From: Patescibacteria group bacterium
Lineage (GTDB): Bacteria > Patescibacteriota > Patescibacteriia > UBA1558 > GWA2-36-10
DNA length: 64,000 bases
Direction: 5' to 3'
Assembly (NCBI GenBank): GCA_018819405.1
Contig: JAHJQF010000001.1
Coordinates: forward strand, 34,097-98,096
The position numbers and the translations under genes were made by a program. The notes below the pieces were generated by a model that searched no databases, was not told where the DNA came from, and saw only the letters and a program-made list of their open reading frames with translations. Numbering within the stretch: the stretch's first letter is position 1; each line of letters begins with the position of its first letter. This document shows positions 19,427 to 32,328 of this stretch, in pieces.

Positions 19427-20368
19427 TTATTTTATCATTACTGGAGCTGGTATGGTTTTTTCTCCGTTGGCTGAAGATACTTTTTGGCTGAAACATTGAT
19501 AACCCTTGTCATGTTTGTAATCACCGGATGGATAATACATAGCATCATTGCCGTCAAGATTGGAAGTCAAAAAATCTGCACAAATTTTGTATTCATCATC
19601 AGCAGTGACCTCATAATCATAATATTTTTTGCCATCTGGTTGTTGCAAGGCCTTTTCACTCAACCTATAGCCAGTTTCTGTATTCATCAAAGTAGCCAAG
19701 TCCTCAGGCATTTTTTCATTTAAGGTATAGTAGTTTATAACCGCTGAATTAATTTCGTATAAATTATTTACTACTTCTCTATCAATTTTTTTATTCCTAG
19801 TTTCAACTGGAGAATCTACAAAAAACCATGACAGCACAAATACTGCGGCTACTACTGCCAAAGAAACCCAGGCATACATACTAATAGTTTTATTTTTTTG
19901 ACCTTGTACTTCTTCTCTCCTAATGTCATAGAAATAAAAAGAAAATACAGTGCCTGAAATAGCCAAAGCTGTCAAAGTCTTTAGGATAAATTTTGTAGTC
20001 AAATCACCACCTAAGAAACTATTTATGGTGGCTATCAAAAAACCAATCATTACTACTACTGAGACAAGCAGTATAAAATAAGTAAGCCATTTACGCACTC
20101 CGGCATCTTTATCTAATATACCGGCAAAAAGATTCTTGAAAATCTGACGAGAAGTCAGATAGTAGATAGGTGCCGAAACAATAATAGCTGAAATAGCAAA
20201 TTTCATAGCCCCATCATTATAACTAATTGCATAGTCTTTTATAATGTCTACAATCTGTTTATTGATAATTTGAAATACTATTATGCCAACAGAAATTGAC
20301 ATAAATACCAACGCTACCAGTGATAATAAATAAAGAAAAGCGTATTTGGCTGAGTCATGTTTAGCCAT
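19427..20368 (-). CDS. DUF5671-like membrane protein with pilin-like C-terminal domain
   Basis: FLYLLSLVAL...VRKWLTYFIL TM block followed by a soluble domain with YKICADF. Confidence 0.65.
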   Translation of the reverse strand: MAKHDSAKYAFLYLLSLVALVFMSISVGIIVFQIINKQIVDIIKDYAISYNDGAMKFAISAIIVSAPIYYLTSRQIFKNLFAGILDKDAGVRKWLTYFILLVSVVVMIGFLIATINSFLGGDLTTKFILKTLTALAISGTVFSFYFYDIRREEVQGQKNKTISMYAWVSLAVVAAVFVLSWFFVDSPVETRNKKIDREVVNNLYEINSAVINYYTLNEKMPEDLATLMNTETGYRLSEKALQQPDGKKYYDYEVTADDEYKICADFLTSNLDGNDAMYYPSGDYKHDKGYQCFSQKVSSANGEKTIPAPVMIK

Positions 20369-20379
20369 ATTTTTATATT

Positions 20380-20610
20380 TTAATTATTAATTTTTTTAGA
20401 TTTTACTAATTTAAATAAATGAGAAAATGCTGACAAGATAAATACAATTTGTAAAACTACGAAAATCCACTCTCTGATACTATAACTATACACTAAAAGA
20501 GCTACTCCGCCAATAATATACAAAGTATCTTCCAAATATTTTTTCTGCCAAAATACACCGGTTGATATTATAACTAGCCCTAGTATTCCTACAAATTTGT
20601 AAATATCCAT
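20380..20610 (-). CDS. Small three-TM membrane protein
   Basis: 76-aa hydrophobic ORF inside an operon. Confidence 0.65.
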   Translation of the reverse strand: MDIYKFVGILGLVIISTGVFWQKKYLEDTLYIIGGVALLVYSYSIREWIFVVLQIVFILSAFSHLFKLVKSKKINN

Positions 20611-20614
20611 ATTT

Positions 20615-21331
20615 TTATTTGATTAATAAATCAGCAAAATGTCCGACCAGATAACCGACCAAAAGAGCAACCCCACCTAATATCATTATTCTAAATCCAG
20701 CTTTTAGCCAATTTATCTTGGTGTATTTTGTAGTAGCTACGCCCAAGACAAATAAACCAGCCAAAGTAGCACCAATTGATATATAGATTGCCTTATCTAT
20801 TGGTAGTAGAAAATAAGCAAACAAAGGAATAATACCCCCTATTATGTAGGCAAAAAACATAAATAGGCCGTTACGCCAGGGATGACTTTTATCCAATATA
20901 GATATGTTTAATTCATGAGCGGCCATTTCTTTGAGCATGAGTTTTTTGTTTTTTGAGGCTACTTCCGACATCTTATCAGCTATATCTATTGGCCAACCGT
21001 CACGTATATAAATATCTTTTAGCTCTTTTTTTTCTTCATGAGGAAAATCTTCTATTTCACTTTTTTCTTCATAAAGTTTTCTTTTGATCACATCTCTTTC
21101 TGAACCGCTAGATATATATGAACCAATACCCATAGAAATTGATTCCACTGCAATAATGACCATACCGGCCAAAACAACCGTGAATTTGTCCTGGCTACCA
21201 ACTGCAATGCCAGTAATAGCCCCTAGGGTAGAAACCATACCATCCTCCATACCAAAAACTATTTCTCTGATAGCCAAAATAATTTTTGAATTTTGGTGAT
21301 GGATATAATCAGGGTTGTATCTATCGTGCAT
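20615..21331 (-). CDS. VIT1/CCC1 family metal transporter
   Basis: REIVFGMEDGMVS, SMGIGSYIS and GGIIPL. Confidence 0.92.
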   Translation of the reverse strand: MHDRYNPDYIHHQNSKIILAIREIVFGMEDGMVSTLGAITGIAVGSQDKFTVVLAGMVIIAVESISMGIGSYISSGSERDVIKRKLYEEKSEIEDFPHEEKKELKDIYIRDGWPIDIADKMSEVASKNKKLMLKEMAAHELNISILDKSHPWRNGLFMFFAYIIGGIIPLFAYFLLPIDKAIYISIGATLAGLFVLGVATTKYTKINWLKAGFRIMILGGVALLVGYLVGHFADLLIK

Positions 21332-21334
21332 ATT

Positions 21335-23538
<2,204 letters not shown>

Positions 23539-23791
23539 AAGTAAATCAATTTTACCTCAAAAACACCAAAAAAACAAGCCTCTCAGCACATTATTATGTT
23601 ATTTATTTATGCACTAATTTAGGTATAATAATTTTTTATCTACCGACAAGACTTGAGATATAATTATTTTTTTATTTTTGTCAATTTTGCCTTTGGCCTT
23701 ATAAATAAATTTAGAATATGGTTTGAATTAACTCCTTTTAACTATATAAAAATCAACCTAAAAATAAAAAGCCCTAATGGGCTTTTTAAAA

Positions 23792-24202
23792 TTACTCAAA
23801 TAATTTACTATATTCCCCGTAGCCTTGTTTTTCCAAATCAGCTCTGGGTATAAATTTCAAAGCCGCCGAATTGATACAATATCTCTGACTAGTCGAACCA
23901 GGTCCGTCATCAAAGACATGCCCCAAGTGGGAATCTGCCTGAGAGCTACGCACTTCAATACGACCGTCGTCTTCCGGCTTTTCTACTACCAAGCTCTTAT
24001 CAATCGGCCTAGTAAAGCTTGGCCAACCAGTGTTGGAATCATATTTGTCCTGCGAAGAGAATAAAGGCTTCCCTGATACTATATCTACATATATACCTTC
24101 TCTTTTTTCATTCCAATATTCATTGTCAAATGGTGGTTCTGTACTACATTGCTGGGTGACTTTGTACTGCATTGGAGTTAATTTCTCTTTGAGTTCATCC
24201 AT
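23792..24202 (-). CDS. msrB: Peptide-methionine (R)-sulfoxide reductase
   Basis: [15 protein letters not shown] and RYCINS. Confidence 0.96.
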   Translation of the reverse strand: MDELKEKLTPMQYKVTQQCSTEPPFDNEYWNEKREGIYVDIVSGKPLFSSQDKYDSNTGWPSFTRPIDKSLVVEKPEDDGRIEVRSSQADSHLGHVFDDGPGSTSQRYCINSAALKFIPRADLEKQGYGEYSKLFE

Positions 24203-24246
24203 AACACTTATATTCTAATAATATAATTTTAATACTACTAAAAATT

Positions 24247-24645
24247 TTATTCTGTAGTCACACCATCAAAGTCCTCTTCATTGGCCTCGGCTTCTTCTTT
24301 GGTCTTTCTGACAATGCCGTCTTTGTGATGAGCCGGTGAATAGATAGTATAGAGCTTTAACTCTTCAGTAGCAGAAGTATTTATAATATTATGCTGGCTA
24401 CCAGCTGGTACTACAACTGCTACTCCATCAGACAATTCATATTCATTGCCATCAATGATAGCTTTGCCCTGACCACTTTCAAAACGAAAAAACTGGTCAT
24501 TTTCAGTATGGGTCTCCATACCGATTTCTGATTTTGGAGCTATACTCATCAAGACTAGTTGGCTATGTTTTGAGGTATAGAGAACTTTGCGAAAATTACT
24601 ATTTTCCAAAGTCTCACGCTCAATATTAATACTAAACCCTTTCAT
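24247..24645 (-). CDS. Cupin domain protein
   Basis: SQLVLMSI...EIGMETH...DQFF...VPAGSQHN...LYTIYSP. Confidence 0.9.
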   Translation of the reverse strand: MKGFSINIERETLENSNFRKVLYTSKHSQLVLMSIAPKSEIGMETHTENDQFFRFESGQGKAIIDGNEYELSDGVAVVVPAGSQHNIINTSATEELKLYTIYSPAHHKDGIVRKTKEEAEANEEDFDGVTTE

Positions 24646-24684
24646 AATTTTATATTTAAATTAGTTAAATATACTGCTTCATCA

Positions 24685-25659
24685 TTACCAGGATTTTATC
24701 TTTATATAATGCCCGCCCAGCGTCCAGTCTTCGTGCTTTTTCAAATCATCTATAAACTCAGGAAATCTTTCAGTTACTCTTTTTAGGTTGCCGTCAGTAT
24801 CTACAAACTTGGGATCTACAAAACGTAATTTATTTTTGGAAAAAAAGTCATAATTATTTTTATCAAAATCTATCACCAGTTTTGGATTTAATTTGGCCAA
24901 GAGATCAAGCACTTGTTGATTAGCGCTATTTTTTAATTTGTCATAGACAAACTTGTCATCCTCAAACAAATCATCTTTACTAATAATATTTTCCGCCAAA
25001 GCAATCTTAATAGCGTTGGCCAAAATTTGGAAAAGAGCAATTTCAAGCGGAGCTGACCAAACTCGATAGTCCATATCCAAAAAATCTTTGGCAAAATATA
25101 GAGCAATATCAGGCTTACTAAAAACTATTTCGTTATTTACTGTGACAAAATCAGCTATATAGCTAGCCACTCTTTCCCCCTCTTTCAAATATCCCACTCT
25201 ATCACGCAGAGCATAATCAATCCTATCGGCACAAAGATCTGGTAATTTTCTTTCCAGTAGAGGGAAGTTGTTTTCATCCAACAATCTATCCAAATCAAAA
25301 TTGTATTTTTTCAAAATACCAGGTATATCTGATTTTTTGATTATTTCTTCATGAAATTTTTCATGAAATTCGTGATCCTCATTTTCAAAAACATAATCAA
25401 TAACGTGAGAAAATGCAGTATGTGGCACGTCATGAAGAAGCCCGGCAATTTGCTCTTCGAGAGGAGCGCCCAAAATTTTAAGCAGTATCATCACACCTAC
25501 CGAATGCTCATAACGGTTTATTGGTTTATTCAAAGCATATTGGGATGCTCCGGCCTGATTAATACCCTTGAGCCTCTCCAAAGGAAAAGACTGCATAAGC
25601 TCCAAAAGCACAGGCTCATTTATTTCTATTTTGCCGTAAACTCTATCTGTAATTATCAT
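24685..25659 (-). CDS. HD-domain phosphohydrolase
   Basis: RYEHSVG, LLHDVPHTAFSH and CADRIDY. Confidence 0.9.
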   Translation of the reverse strand: MIITDRVYGKIEINEPVLLELMQSFPLERLKGINQAGASQYALNKPINRYEHSVGVMILLKILGAPLEEQIAGLLHDVPHTAFSHVIDYVFENEDHEFHEKFHEEIIKKSDIPGILKKYNFDLDRLLDENNFPLLERKLPDLCADRIDYALRDRVGYLKEGERVASYIADFVTVNNEIVFSKPDIALYFAKDFLDMDYRVWSAPLEIALFQILANAIKIALAENIISKDDLFEDDKFVYDKLKNSANQQVLDLLAKLNPKLVIDFDKNNYDFFSKNKLRFVDPKFVDTDGNLKRVTERFPEFIDDLKKHEDWTLGGHYIKIKSW

Positions 25660-25668
25660 TGAAAAAAA

Positions 25669-26412
25669 TTATCGTAATGTCCAGCCGCCATCTACCACAA
25701 TAGTTTGACCGGTGACATAAGACGCCAAGTCAGAAGCCAGATACAAAACTGCTCCGGCAATATCTTCGGGCTGTCCCATACGAGCCATAGGAATAGCTGA
25801 TATAGTCTGTTGTAACACTTTGTCGTCCATAGCCCCGGTTGCTCCCGGTGTTTGTATTGCACCAGGTAGTACGGCATTTACCGTAATTTTCTTTGATGCC
25901 AATTCAAGTGCCAGCGCTCTAACCATAGCATTTACTCCGCCTTTGGAAGCACAGTAGTGTACCAATCCGGCAAAACCAACCACCGAAGCAATTGAAGATA
26001 TATCAATAATTCTGCCACCTTCAGCCATCACAGCGGCTGCCGCTTGAGAACATAAAAATGTACCTTTGAGATTAATATCAATTACTTTGTCCCAATCCGC
26101 TTCAGTCATTTTGTCAGAGGAAATAAATGGATAAATACCAGCATTGTTGACCAAAATATCTAGGCCACCAAATTCTTTGGCTGTAGAAGATATCATATTA
26201 TCAATATCAGCTTTTTTACTAACATCACACTCTATAGCCAAAGACTTCACTCCCAGCTTGGTGATTTCATCACAAACATTTTGACATTCTTTGATATCCA
26301 AATCGGCCACTACTACATTGGCTCCAGCTTTGGCTAACATCAAAGCAATTCCTTTGCCAATTCCCTGTTTGGCACCAGTGACTATAGCTGTTTTATTTTG
26401 CAAATTTATCAT
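25669..26412 (-). CDS. SDR family NAD(P)-dependent oxidoreductase
   Basis: TGAKQGIG, NNAG and YCASK. Confidence 0.93.
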   Translation of the reverse strand: MINLQNKTAIVTGAKQGIGKGIALMLAKAGANVVVADLDIKECQNVCDEITKLGVKSLAIECDVSKKADIDNMISSTAKEFGGLDILVNNAGIYPFISSDKMTEADWDKVIDINLKGTFLCSQAAAAVMAEGGRIIDISSIASVVGFAGLVHYCASKGGVNAMVRALALELASKKITVNAVLPGAIQTPGATGAMDDKVLQQTISAIPMARMGQPEDIAGAVLYLASDLASYVTGQTIVVDGGWTLR

Positions 26413-26417
26413 ATTTT

Positions 26418-26561
26418 TTTACCCCGTTAAACAATATTTGAGCTAAGCTCAAATATTAAACTTAATTATTATCTATTAAAGATCATCTTATACTAATCTA
26501 ATTTAATAATACAATAGTAATAAAAAATTATCAAAAATTTAAGTTTGTTTAACGGGCTGAA
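26418..26561. repeat. MITE-like element with terminal inverted repeats and an internal palindrome
   Basis: tttaccccgttaaaca...tgtttaacgggctgaa; internal aatatttgagct-a-agctcaaatatt. Confidence 0.75.
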
Positions 26562-26620
26562 TTTAAAAATAAGCTATCAACTATAATGATAACTTATCTA
26601 AAAATTGTTGTAAAACAATG

Positions 26621-27118
26621 CTACCTTACTTCCCCAATATTATCTTTGATTATTTCAAGCGCTGCTTTATGCAAACTTGGATTTGAATGGCTTCTACAAA
26701 GGTTTTTAAATACCACAACATTGAATCCTCTGTCAAAAGCATCTCTAGCAAAAGTCAAAACGCAATTTTCGGTATCTATTCCAGCCAAATGTACTTCTTT
26801 AATACCTTTATTTTTTAAGAGACTCTCTATTTTTTTATTTACAAAAGCTCCGTAAGTATCTTTTATAAAGACTTTTTTAGATTTTGCTAGTTCAGCAATC
26901 TCATCCATAAGTCCATACTCCTCTTCTTTCATAAAACCTTTCCAGCCCAGATTTCTATATAAATAACTTTTATTATTATTTATGTGTTGGGTAAATAAAA
27001 TCAAAGAATATTTCTTATGATTTTTTTCTACAAATTTTTTAATTCGTGTAGCAAGGCCTTTAGTATGCTCTGAAATAAAACCTTTTTGGACATCAATAAT
27101 TACTAATACTTTTTTCAT
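26621..27118 (-). CDS. Isochorismatase/cysteine hydrolase family protein
   Basis: LVIIDVQKGF, KDTYGAF and AGIDTENCV; start trimmed to MKKVLV. Confidence 0.9.
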   Translation of the reverse strand: MKKVLVIIDVQKGFISEHTKGLATRIKKFVEKNHKKYSLILFTQHINNNKSYLYRNLGWKGFMKEEEYGLMDEIAELAKSKKVFIKDTYGAFVNKKIESLLKNKGIKEVHLAGIDTENCVLTFARDAFDRGFNVVVFKNLCRSHSNPSLHKAALEIIKDNIGEVR

Positions 27119-27126
27119 ATTTTTTA

Positions 27127-27705
27127 TTAAGCTGTTTTTAATTTTCTCGGTCGCTTGATAGCAAAAATTATAGATGAACACATTAAGACTAGATAAGATG
27201 GAAATACTATTTCGGTAAAAGCCCAGGTCTTTACGGCTGCAAAACTAGTCAGAGCATTAAATAAACCAGCTGCATAAGCGCTGACCGATTCTGACTCTGG
27301 ATATTGCCATGATTTTTTCAAAGTCGGTAATCCTGCCAAAGCATCACTTAAAACTGCAAAAATTATGGCTACTATCGGTTCTTTGGTAACAAGCCACAAA
27401 ACTAGAGCCAAGGCTGATAAGCCTCCGCAGATATAATCAAGCTTTTTCAGTTGCCAATATGATTTTTTGTTTACAAAAGAAGCCAACAAAACCAAAAATG
27501 GACAAAAACCGGCCATAAAAATTGGCAACACTACCCAGCTAAAACCAGCTGACAGGCCAGCGGCACTAGCAATCATTGGAGCTATAGACCACATCAGCCA
27601 AGTGACACGATTTGGCTGGTTCAAGCCTCTCAATGTATCTCTGATATAGCTAGATGTCCCTATAATATTGACTGCCGCTCCTAGTAAAACTAAATATTGG
27701 ATCAT
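27127..27705 (-). CDS. Membrane protein
   Basis: PNRVTW and PTLKKSW..PESE motifs; multiple TM helices. Confidence 0.75.
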   Translation of the reverse strand: MIQYLVLLGAAVNIIGTSSYIRDTLRGLNQPNRVTWLMWSIAPMIASAAGLSAGFSWVVLPIFMAGFCPFLVLLASFVNKKSYWQLKKLDYICGGLSALALVLWLVTKEPIVAIIFAVLSDALAGLPTLKKSWQYPESESVSAYAAGLFNALTSFAAVKTWAFTEIVFPSYLVLMCSSIIFAIKRPRKLKTA

Positions 27706-27720
27706 GAATAAATTTTATCA

Positions 27721-27870
27721 CATAAACATCAAAAACAAAAAGAAGTAAATATTAGAAATTATGCTAAGTATTTACTTAAAGAAGGCGCGGTGTCTGAAAA
27801 AAGAGAGTTGTTGGGTAATTTGAGATCAAGAATAACATATAAGAATAAAAAATTGAGTATAATTATATAA
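27721..27870 (+). pseudogene. Probable C-terminal remnant of a serine recombinase family gene
   Basis: Start-less frame ...EVNIRNYAKYLLKEGAVSEKRELLGNLRSRITYKNKKLSIII* resembles recombinase tails recalled from CPR genomes; not verified by search. Confidence 0.45.
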
Positions 27871-28025
27871 ATAATTTAACTAACATTAGCTATAAATTTG
27901 ACAAATCTAAGTCATTTTGATATAAATGTAAGCTGTTTTAAACAAATGAATATTTTGACAAATAAAAATTTTCATTGTAAAGTTGGGGTAGTTATTGGCT
28001 ATAATTAGCATAATAATCAAAAAAT

Positions 28026-28691
28026 ATGAAAAAACAGGCAACAATTGCAAGCTCAATAATAGTAGTCCTGATAATATTAGGGGGTCTAGTATATTGGAGT
28101 TTAAATAAAAATCATACATTCTATAATAATGAAAATATAAATGAGAATGAGAACGTGAACAATGAAAATGCGAACATTGACAATTTAAATACGGAACTAG
28201 ATACAAGCAACTGGGTTACTTTCGAAGATAAAGAATTAGGTATTAGTTACAAACATCCTGCTGACTGTTGGCAAAACTGGGCTGGCCCTGGTACCAATTA
28301 TAGTGTATACGTAAATTGCCATTCCGGCATAGCTATGTCATATGAAAAAGCTATTAATTCTTTCCCAAATTATGACAATGGCCGAAAATTAAGTATAAAA
28401 GATATCGCTGATATTTATTATAACCTCAATGAAAATATTCCAGATGTTAAAATACTTAGTGATATCAATAGAGTAGATATAAATTCTAATGAGGCTTATC
28501 AATTTACAGTAGATTCTGCTTTCTATATGCCTTGTGATGATGACTATACTAAAAGTTGTAATGGAGGTGTTTTATATAGTAAATATAAAATTACATTTGT
28601 AGGTAATGGTAATAATAATATGATACTAGACACTGAATATAATAATTCCCTTGATGAAAAGATATTAGAGACATTCAATTTTACAAAATAA
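28026..28691 (+). CDS. Membrane-anchored secreted protein (PsbP-like domain)
   Basis: N-terminal TM, Asn/Glu linker, WVTFEDKELGISYKHP and KILETFNF. Confidence 0.7.
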   Translation: MKKQATIASSIIVVLIILGGLVYWSLNKNHTFYNNENINENENVNNENANIDNLNTELDTSNWVTFEDKELGISYKHPADCWQNWAGPGTNYSVYVNCHSGIAMSYEKAINSFPNYDNGRKLSIKDIADIYYNLNENIPDVKILSDINRVDINSNEAYQFTVDSAFYMPCDDDYTKSCNGGVLYSKYKITFVGNGNNNMILDTEYNNSLDEKILETFNFTK

Positions 28692-28745
28692 TAAATAGTC
28701 AAAAATAAGAAAAGCGAAATTGAGACTTACTTGTAACGGTTGGTC

Positions 28746-28777
28746 TTTTTGTGTCCAGAGATTTTTGTGTCCAGAGA
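28746..28777. repeat. 16-bp tandem duplication
   Basis: (tttttgtgtccagaga)x2. Confidence 0.9.
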
Positions 28778-28939
28778 TTGAGGAATATAAATATTATTCT
28801 TTTTCTCTGGTTGTAAAACCAGAATCTAGTTCCTTACAACCTAAAACAACAAACAGAAAGGAGTTGTTTAAGCATAATTTGCTAGTCTAATTCTGGACTA
28901 AGCAAAAGTCAAACTAACAACTTGAAGAGAGGTAGAATC

Positions 28940-30796
28940 GTGAAGAGAACATTCTTGATTCTGTTGGCTCTGATCATAACGATCAGTAGCAATGTCCTTG
29001 CACAAGGACCAATCAGCGGATTTTACTACCCCGCTGATGAGATGGTCAATGACTGGCAGTACTATGCCAGCAGAAGCTTCTACGTCGACAACAACCACCT
29101 CGGAGCAGACGTAGATCTGGCGGAGGGAGTGGCGATCAAGGCCATAGCTAGGGGTAAAATCGTCTACTACGCCGGGGCATCATCCTATGGTGCTCTAGTG
29201 GTAGCAATTGAACACGAACTCCCAGAGGAAATAACTTTCCTTGGTGCTACTGGCGAGCTGAGAACGACCAGGTACGTACTCTCAATCTATGGACATCTAC
29301 GAAAAAGTGCAGAGAGAGTAGGCGCAGAACTGCCTTGGCAATACGGAGATATTGTCCAACAGGGTGACATAATCGGTTATGTAAATAATAGTAGTCATCC
29401 TGATGGAATTGCTCCAGACCCAAATGGTGATGGACTTGAACATCTGCATCTGGGAATTCGTCTATCAAATGAAGCAACCGCCAAAGCCCAAGACGGGAGC
29501 CTGTGGCTCAGAGGTTACAATAACAACTCTGGGATGCAAATTTACTTTACTAATCCGATACCCCTGGTATCTGGATTGGCACAATTTGCACAGTCTCCTT
29601 CATGGCAGACCGAAAATGGAGTTTCGTTGTCCTTCATGAACACGTACAATGCCTCTACTGTGGATGATCATCCCCTTGGGATGCCTTGGCAAAATACAGA
29701 GTACGGCTCTATGTATGTTCATGAAGTTAACAACATGCTCATCCAGGACTTTCAAGATCTTCGTGATGAGGGTGGTCCAAGTAATGGTTACTACAACCCT
29801 TACACGGCCATCATTCGTTACGATGATCCCTGGATGAGCCGAGAAGCCCGCTTGCTCAAAGAGGGGTTCTGGGATGTTTGGATGAATCGTCGTGGCTGGA
29901 TCACCTTTGGTTTTCCCACTACAGACGAGGAACTTGATAGTGGAAGAGTCTGGCAGACATTCCGTCGGCCTGGCTTCAACTACCAGAACAATCCCAATGA
30001 CTACAAAGAGTTCCACTTCCGTTGGGACTCTAACACCCAGAGCCTTGATATCCTGGATCAATACTACAACCCCGTAATGTTTTCGGAGTTGGTGGTCGAA
30101 CCAGGAAGTCCCTCTACTATGTTGGAAATGAGTGGAAACAACTACTCTGCTTCCGACATAGCGGAGTTGAAAGAGGCCACTGGTAATAAAGAGGTTACTG
30201 GCGGTGGTTCTATGTCCGAAAACAACCCATTCAAAGAGATGGGACTTTTGGACAGTAGCACGAAATCCCTGACTAATGGCGTCTACCACTCTGGTATTAA
30301 GGTAGCCGCTTTTGGTGAAGCTTTCGAGCTTGTAGAAGGGAACAGCTACGGCGATTTCTATGCCGTAGTCAATGGATCCATGGTACTCATGGACTCTTTT
30401 ACCATGAACGGCAATATGGTTATCTATATTGACGATTCACCCCCAGTAGGAGAGCTCCAGTTTGGCTATTGGACCATTTCGCCCAATCCTGGCAACGTTG
30501 GACAATCGCTCCATCTTGAAGGAGAAGTTTACAACGTTGGAGGATCACCAGTCACTATCTCGGAAGTAAAGATAGAGCTCATTGACCCTAGCGGCAATGA
30601 AGCCTACCATTACTCCGAGTACAACGTTGTTTTGCAACCAGGAAGCGGCTGGTATCAGTGGATGGAATGCTATCCATATATGCCAGGCAATCACACTGTT
30701 CGCTTTCGCGGACTGGTTGATGGGCAATGGACGACATTCTCTACGCACACTGTGTATGTCGAGGGTAGTCAAATAGTCTCTCATCTAGTCGACTGA
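28940..30796 (+). CDS. Secreted M23-family metallopeptidase with C-terminal Ig-like domain; GC-rich; probably 3' truncated
   Basis: Signal peptide; HLGAD, SIYGHL and HLHLG M23 motifs; GAGAGG SD before the GTG at 28940. Confidence 0.8.
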   Translation: MKRTFLILLALIITISSNVLAQGPISGFYYPADEMVNDWQYYASRSFYVDNNHLGADVDLAEGVAIKAIARGKIVYYAGASSYGALVVAIEHELPEEITFLGATGELRTTRYVLSIYGHLRKSAERVGAELPWQYGDIVQQGDIIGYVNNSSHPDGIAPDPNGDGLEHLHLGIRLSNEATAKAQDGSLWLRGYNNNSGMQIYFTNPIPLVSGLAQFAQSPSWQTENGVSLSFMNTYNASTVDDHPLGMPWQNTEYGSMYVHEVNNMLIQDFQDLRDEGGPSNGYYNPYTAIIRYDDPWMSREARLLKEGFWDVWMNRRGWITFGFPTTDEELDSGRVWQTFRRPGFNYQNNPNDYKEFHFRWDSNTQSLDILDQYYNPVMFSELVVEPGSPSTMLEMSGNNYSASDIAELKEATGNKEVTGGGSMSENNPFKEMGLLDSSTKSLTNGVYHSGIKVAAFGEAFELVEGNSYGDFYAVVNGSMVLMDSFTMNGNMVIYIDDSPPVGELQFGYWTISPNPGNVGQSLHLEGEVYNVGGSPVTISEVKIELIDPSGNEAYHYSEYNVVLQPGSGWYQWMECYPYMPGNHTVRFRGLVDGQWTTFSTHTVYVEGSQIVSHLVD

Positions 30797-31259
30797 ATTC
30801 AGCTTTGAATTTATTTGTTTCAATATTTATTGCTTTTTCTGCTTCATTTATTTTGTTCTTCGTTTCTGATAAAATAACTTCCTTCAGTTTAATATTTTTG
30901 CTCTCCGAAACACTTTCTATTTTTTCGAGTAACAATTTTTCTGCTTCAGCAATCTTGTTCTCAGTTTCTAAAGATAATTTTTTTTCTTGACCACTGAAGG
31001 ATTTTAGTAATTTTTTATCATTTTCGTGACTAAATGAATCAATTGAGGAATCTACCTCATCTCTTATTTGATCTACCAAAGCACGCGTATCCTCGTTTAG
31101 CTTATTGATGCTTTCTTCTTGTTTATCAAGTTTTTTTCTAAGTGGGTTAAGATTAAAGAAAGAAAAGGCAACGCCAAATGCCAACAAAATGGTTACTGAT
31201 ATAGCTAAATAAGCTATGTTAGATTGAACTAATACTTCTGTTAAATTCACTACTTCCAT
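30741..31259 (-). pseudogene. TM plus coiled-coil protein, apparently truncated at a junction
   Basis: AT-rich ORF whose last ~18 codons read through the antisense strand of the GC-rich M23 gene. Confidence 0.5.
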
Positions 31260-31382
31260 ATATAATTTTTACTTCTCCTACAAACAGCTTATCTTAATTA
31301 CGATAACCAGTCAAACAACAAAAAACACCCAAATCGGGTGTTTTAAATTAACTAATTTTTTAAGACCATAGTGCTAGCACGA

Positions 31383-31510
31383 GTGCCCTTCGACTCGCTC
31401 ACTTCGTTCACTCGCTCAGGACATTCGATTCTATTGGTCGAATGGTCGGAGGTGCTGTAAGCACCGCAGATCATGAGTGAACTTTTGCAAAGCAAAAGCG
31501 AATCGAATGG
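31383..31510. repeat. REP-like pair of inverted palindromic units
   Basis: cccttcgactcgctc...ctcgctcagg and catgagtgaac...gcgaatcgaatgg; cattcgattc/gaatcgaatg inverted repeat; internal hairpins. Confidence 0.6.
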
Positions 31511-31683
31511 CGGTGCACTCGGGTTAAGTAGCACCAACACGCAAATGTTATAAGGGTTTTTGATGATTTTATCTATAACCTAATTTAGGTACGTGGGTCG
31601 TAGTAAAATGCGACAGTATAAAAGATTATTAAATATATTGTTTTAAAAAAAATGCCACTTTTCCGTGCCTAATAGTTTTACTT

Positions 31684-32274
31684 TTAATTTTCTACAATCA
31701 CCGATTGATTATCGGTTAAACGTCTTACTTTGCATTTATACTTATTTTCATAGTTTTTTATTTTTTCTTCAGTCTCTTTAGTATAGTGAGGGTAGATGAT
31801 AGTGTCAGTTAAATTCAAGCCTGTTAGATCTTCTAATTTGACGGTATTTATTTTTCTATCAAAATAATCCACGATGTTAATGTCTGGCCCTAAAACAACT
31901 CCGCCGCCACTGATACCTACAATAATTACTCCTCGATCAACTAGATGGGTGATAACTTTGTCAGCTCCGCTTTTTTTGAGATAATATAAAAGATAAAATG
32001 GATTGCCACCATTAATATAAATAACATCAAACTTTTTTAACTTATTTGGATTTTCAAACTCAATATCAAAAAATTTGACTTGCTTAAAACCCATATTCTC
32101 AAGCACCTGCTTTGCTAAAACCGCATGCTTATTTTCTTCTTTCCACTCTGCTGAGGCGGTGGTTATAATAGCCACAGACAAATTTTTAGATGCTTTAGGT
32201 AACAAAGTTAGCAACTTCTTTTTTAAAGTCTTATTTTTTTGAAACCCATAGGATGATAATATAATGTTTACCAT
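31684..32274 (-). CDS. Peptidase E (S51) / class I glutamine amidotransferase-like protein
   Basis: IYINGGNPFYLL, GISGG (Ser nucleophile) and YPHY. Confidence 0.88.
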   Translation of the reverse strand: MVNIILSSYGFQKNKTLKKKLLTLLPKASKNLSVAIITTASAEWKEENKHAVLAKQVLENMGFKQVKFFDIEFENPNKLKKFDVIYINGGNPFYLLYYLKKSGADKVITHLVDRGVIIVGISGGGVVLGPDINIVDYFDRKINTVKLEDLTGLNLTDTIIYPHYTKETEEKIKNYENKYKCKVRRLTDNQSVIVEN

Positions 32275-32328
32275 ATAACTTATAGTATAAGAAAAAATCG
32301 CCTAAAAAGCAATATATAATTTTTATTA

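Noticed and set aside
28800-28905. Possible riboswitch or ncRNA upstream of the M23 gene
   Set aside because: Only short inverted repeats; no recognisable riboswitch consensus.
29247-30784. Several overlapping ORFs within the M23 gene (and similar ones across 33.4-37.1 kb)
   Set aside because: Expected in GC-rich sequence with few stop codons; no motifs or SD sites.
31352-31540. 62-aa minus-strand ORF
   Set aside because: It reads through a REP-like palindromic element.
31684-32274. Peptidase E as a member of the TrpRS operon (MccF-like immunity)
   Set aside because: Separated by a terminator, has its own -10 box and host-like AT content, and belongs to S51 rather than S66; linkage is unproven.
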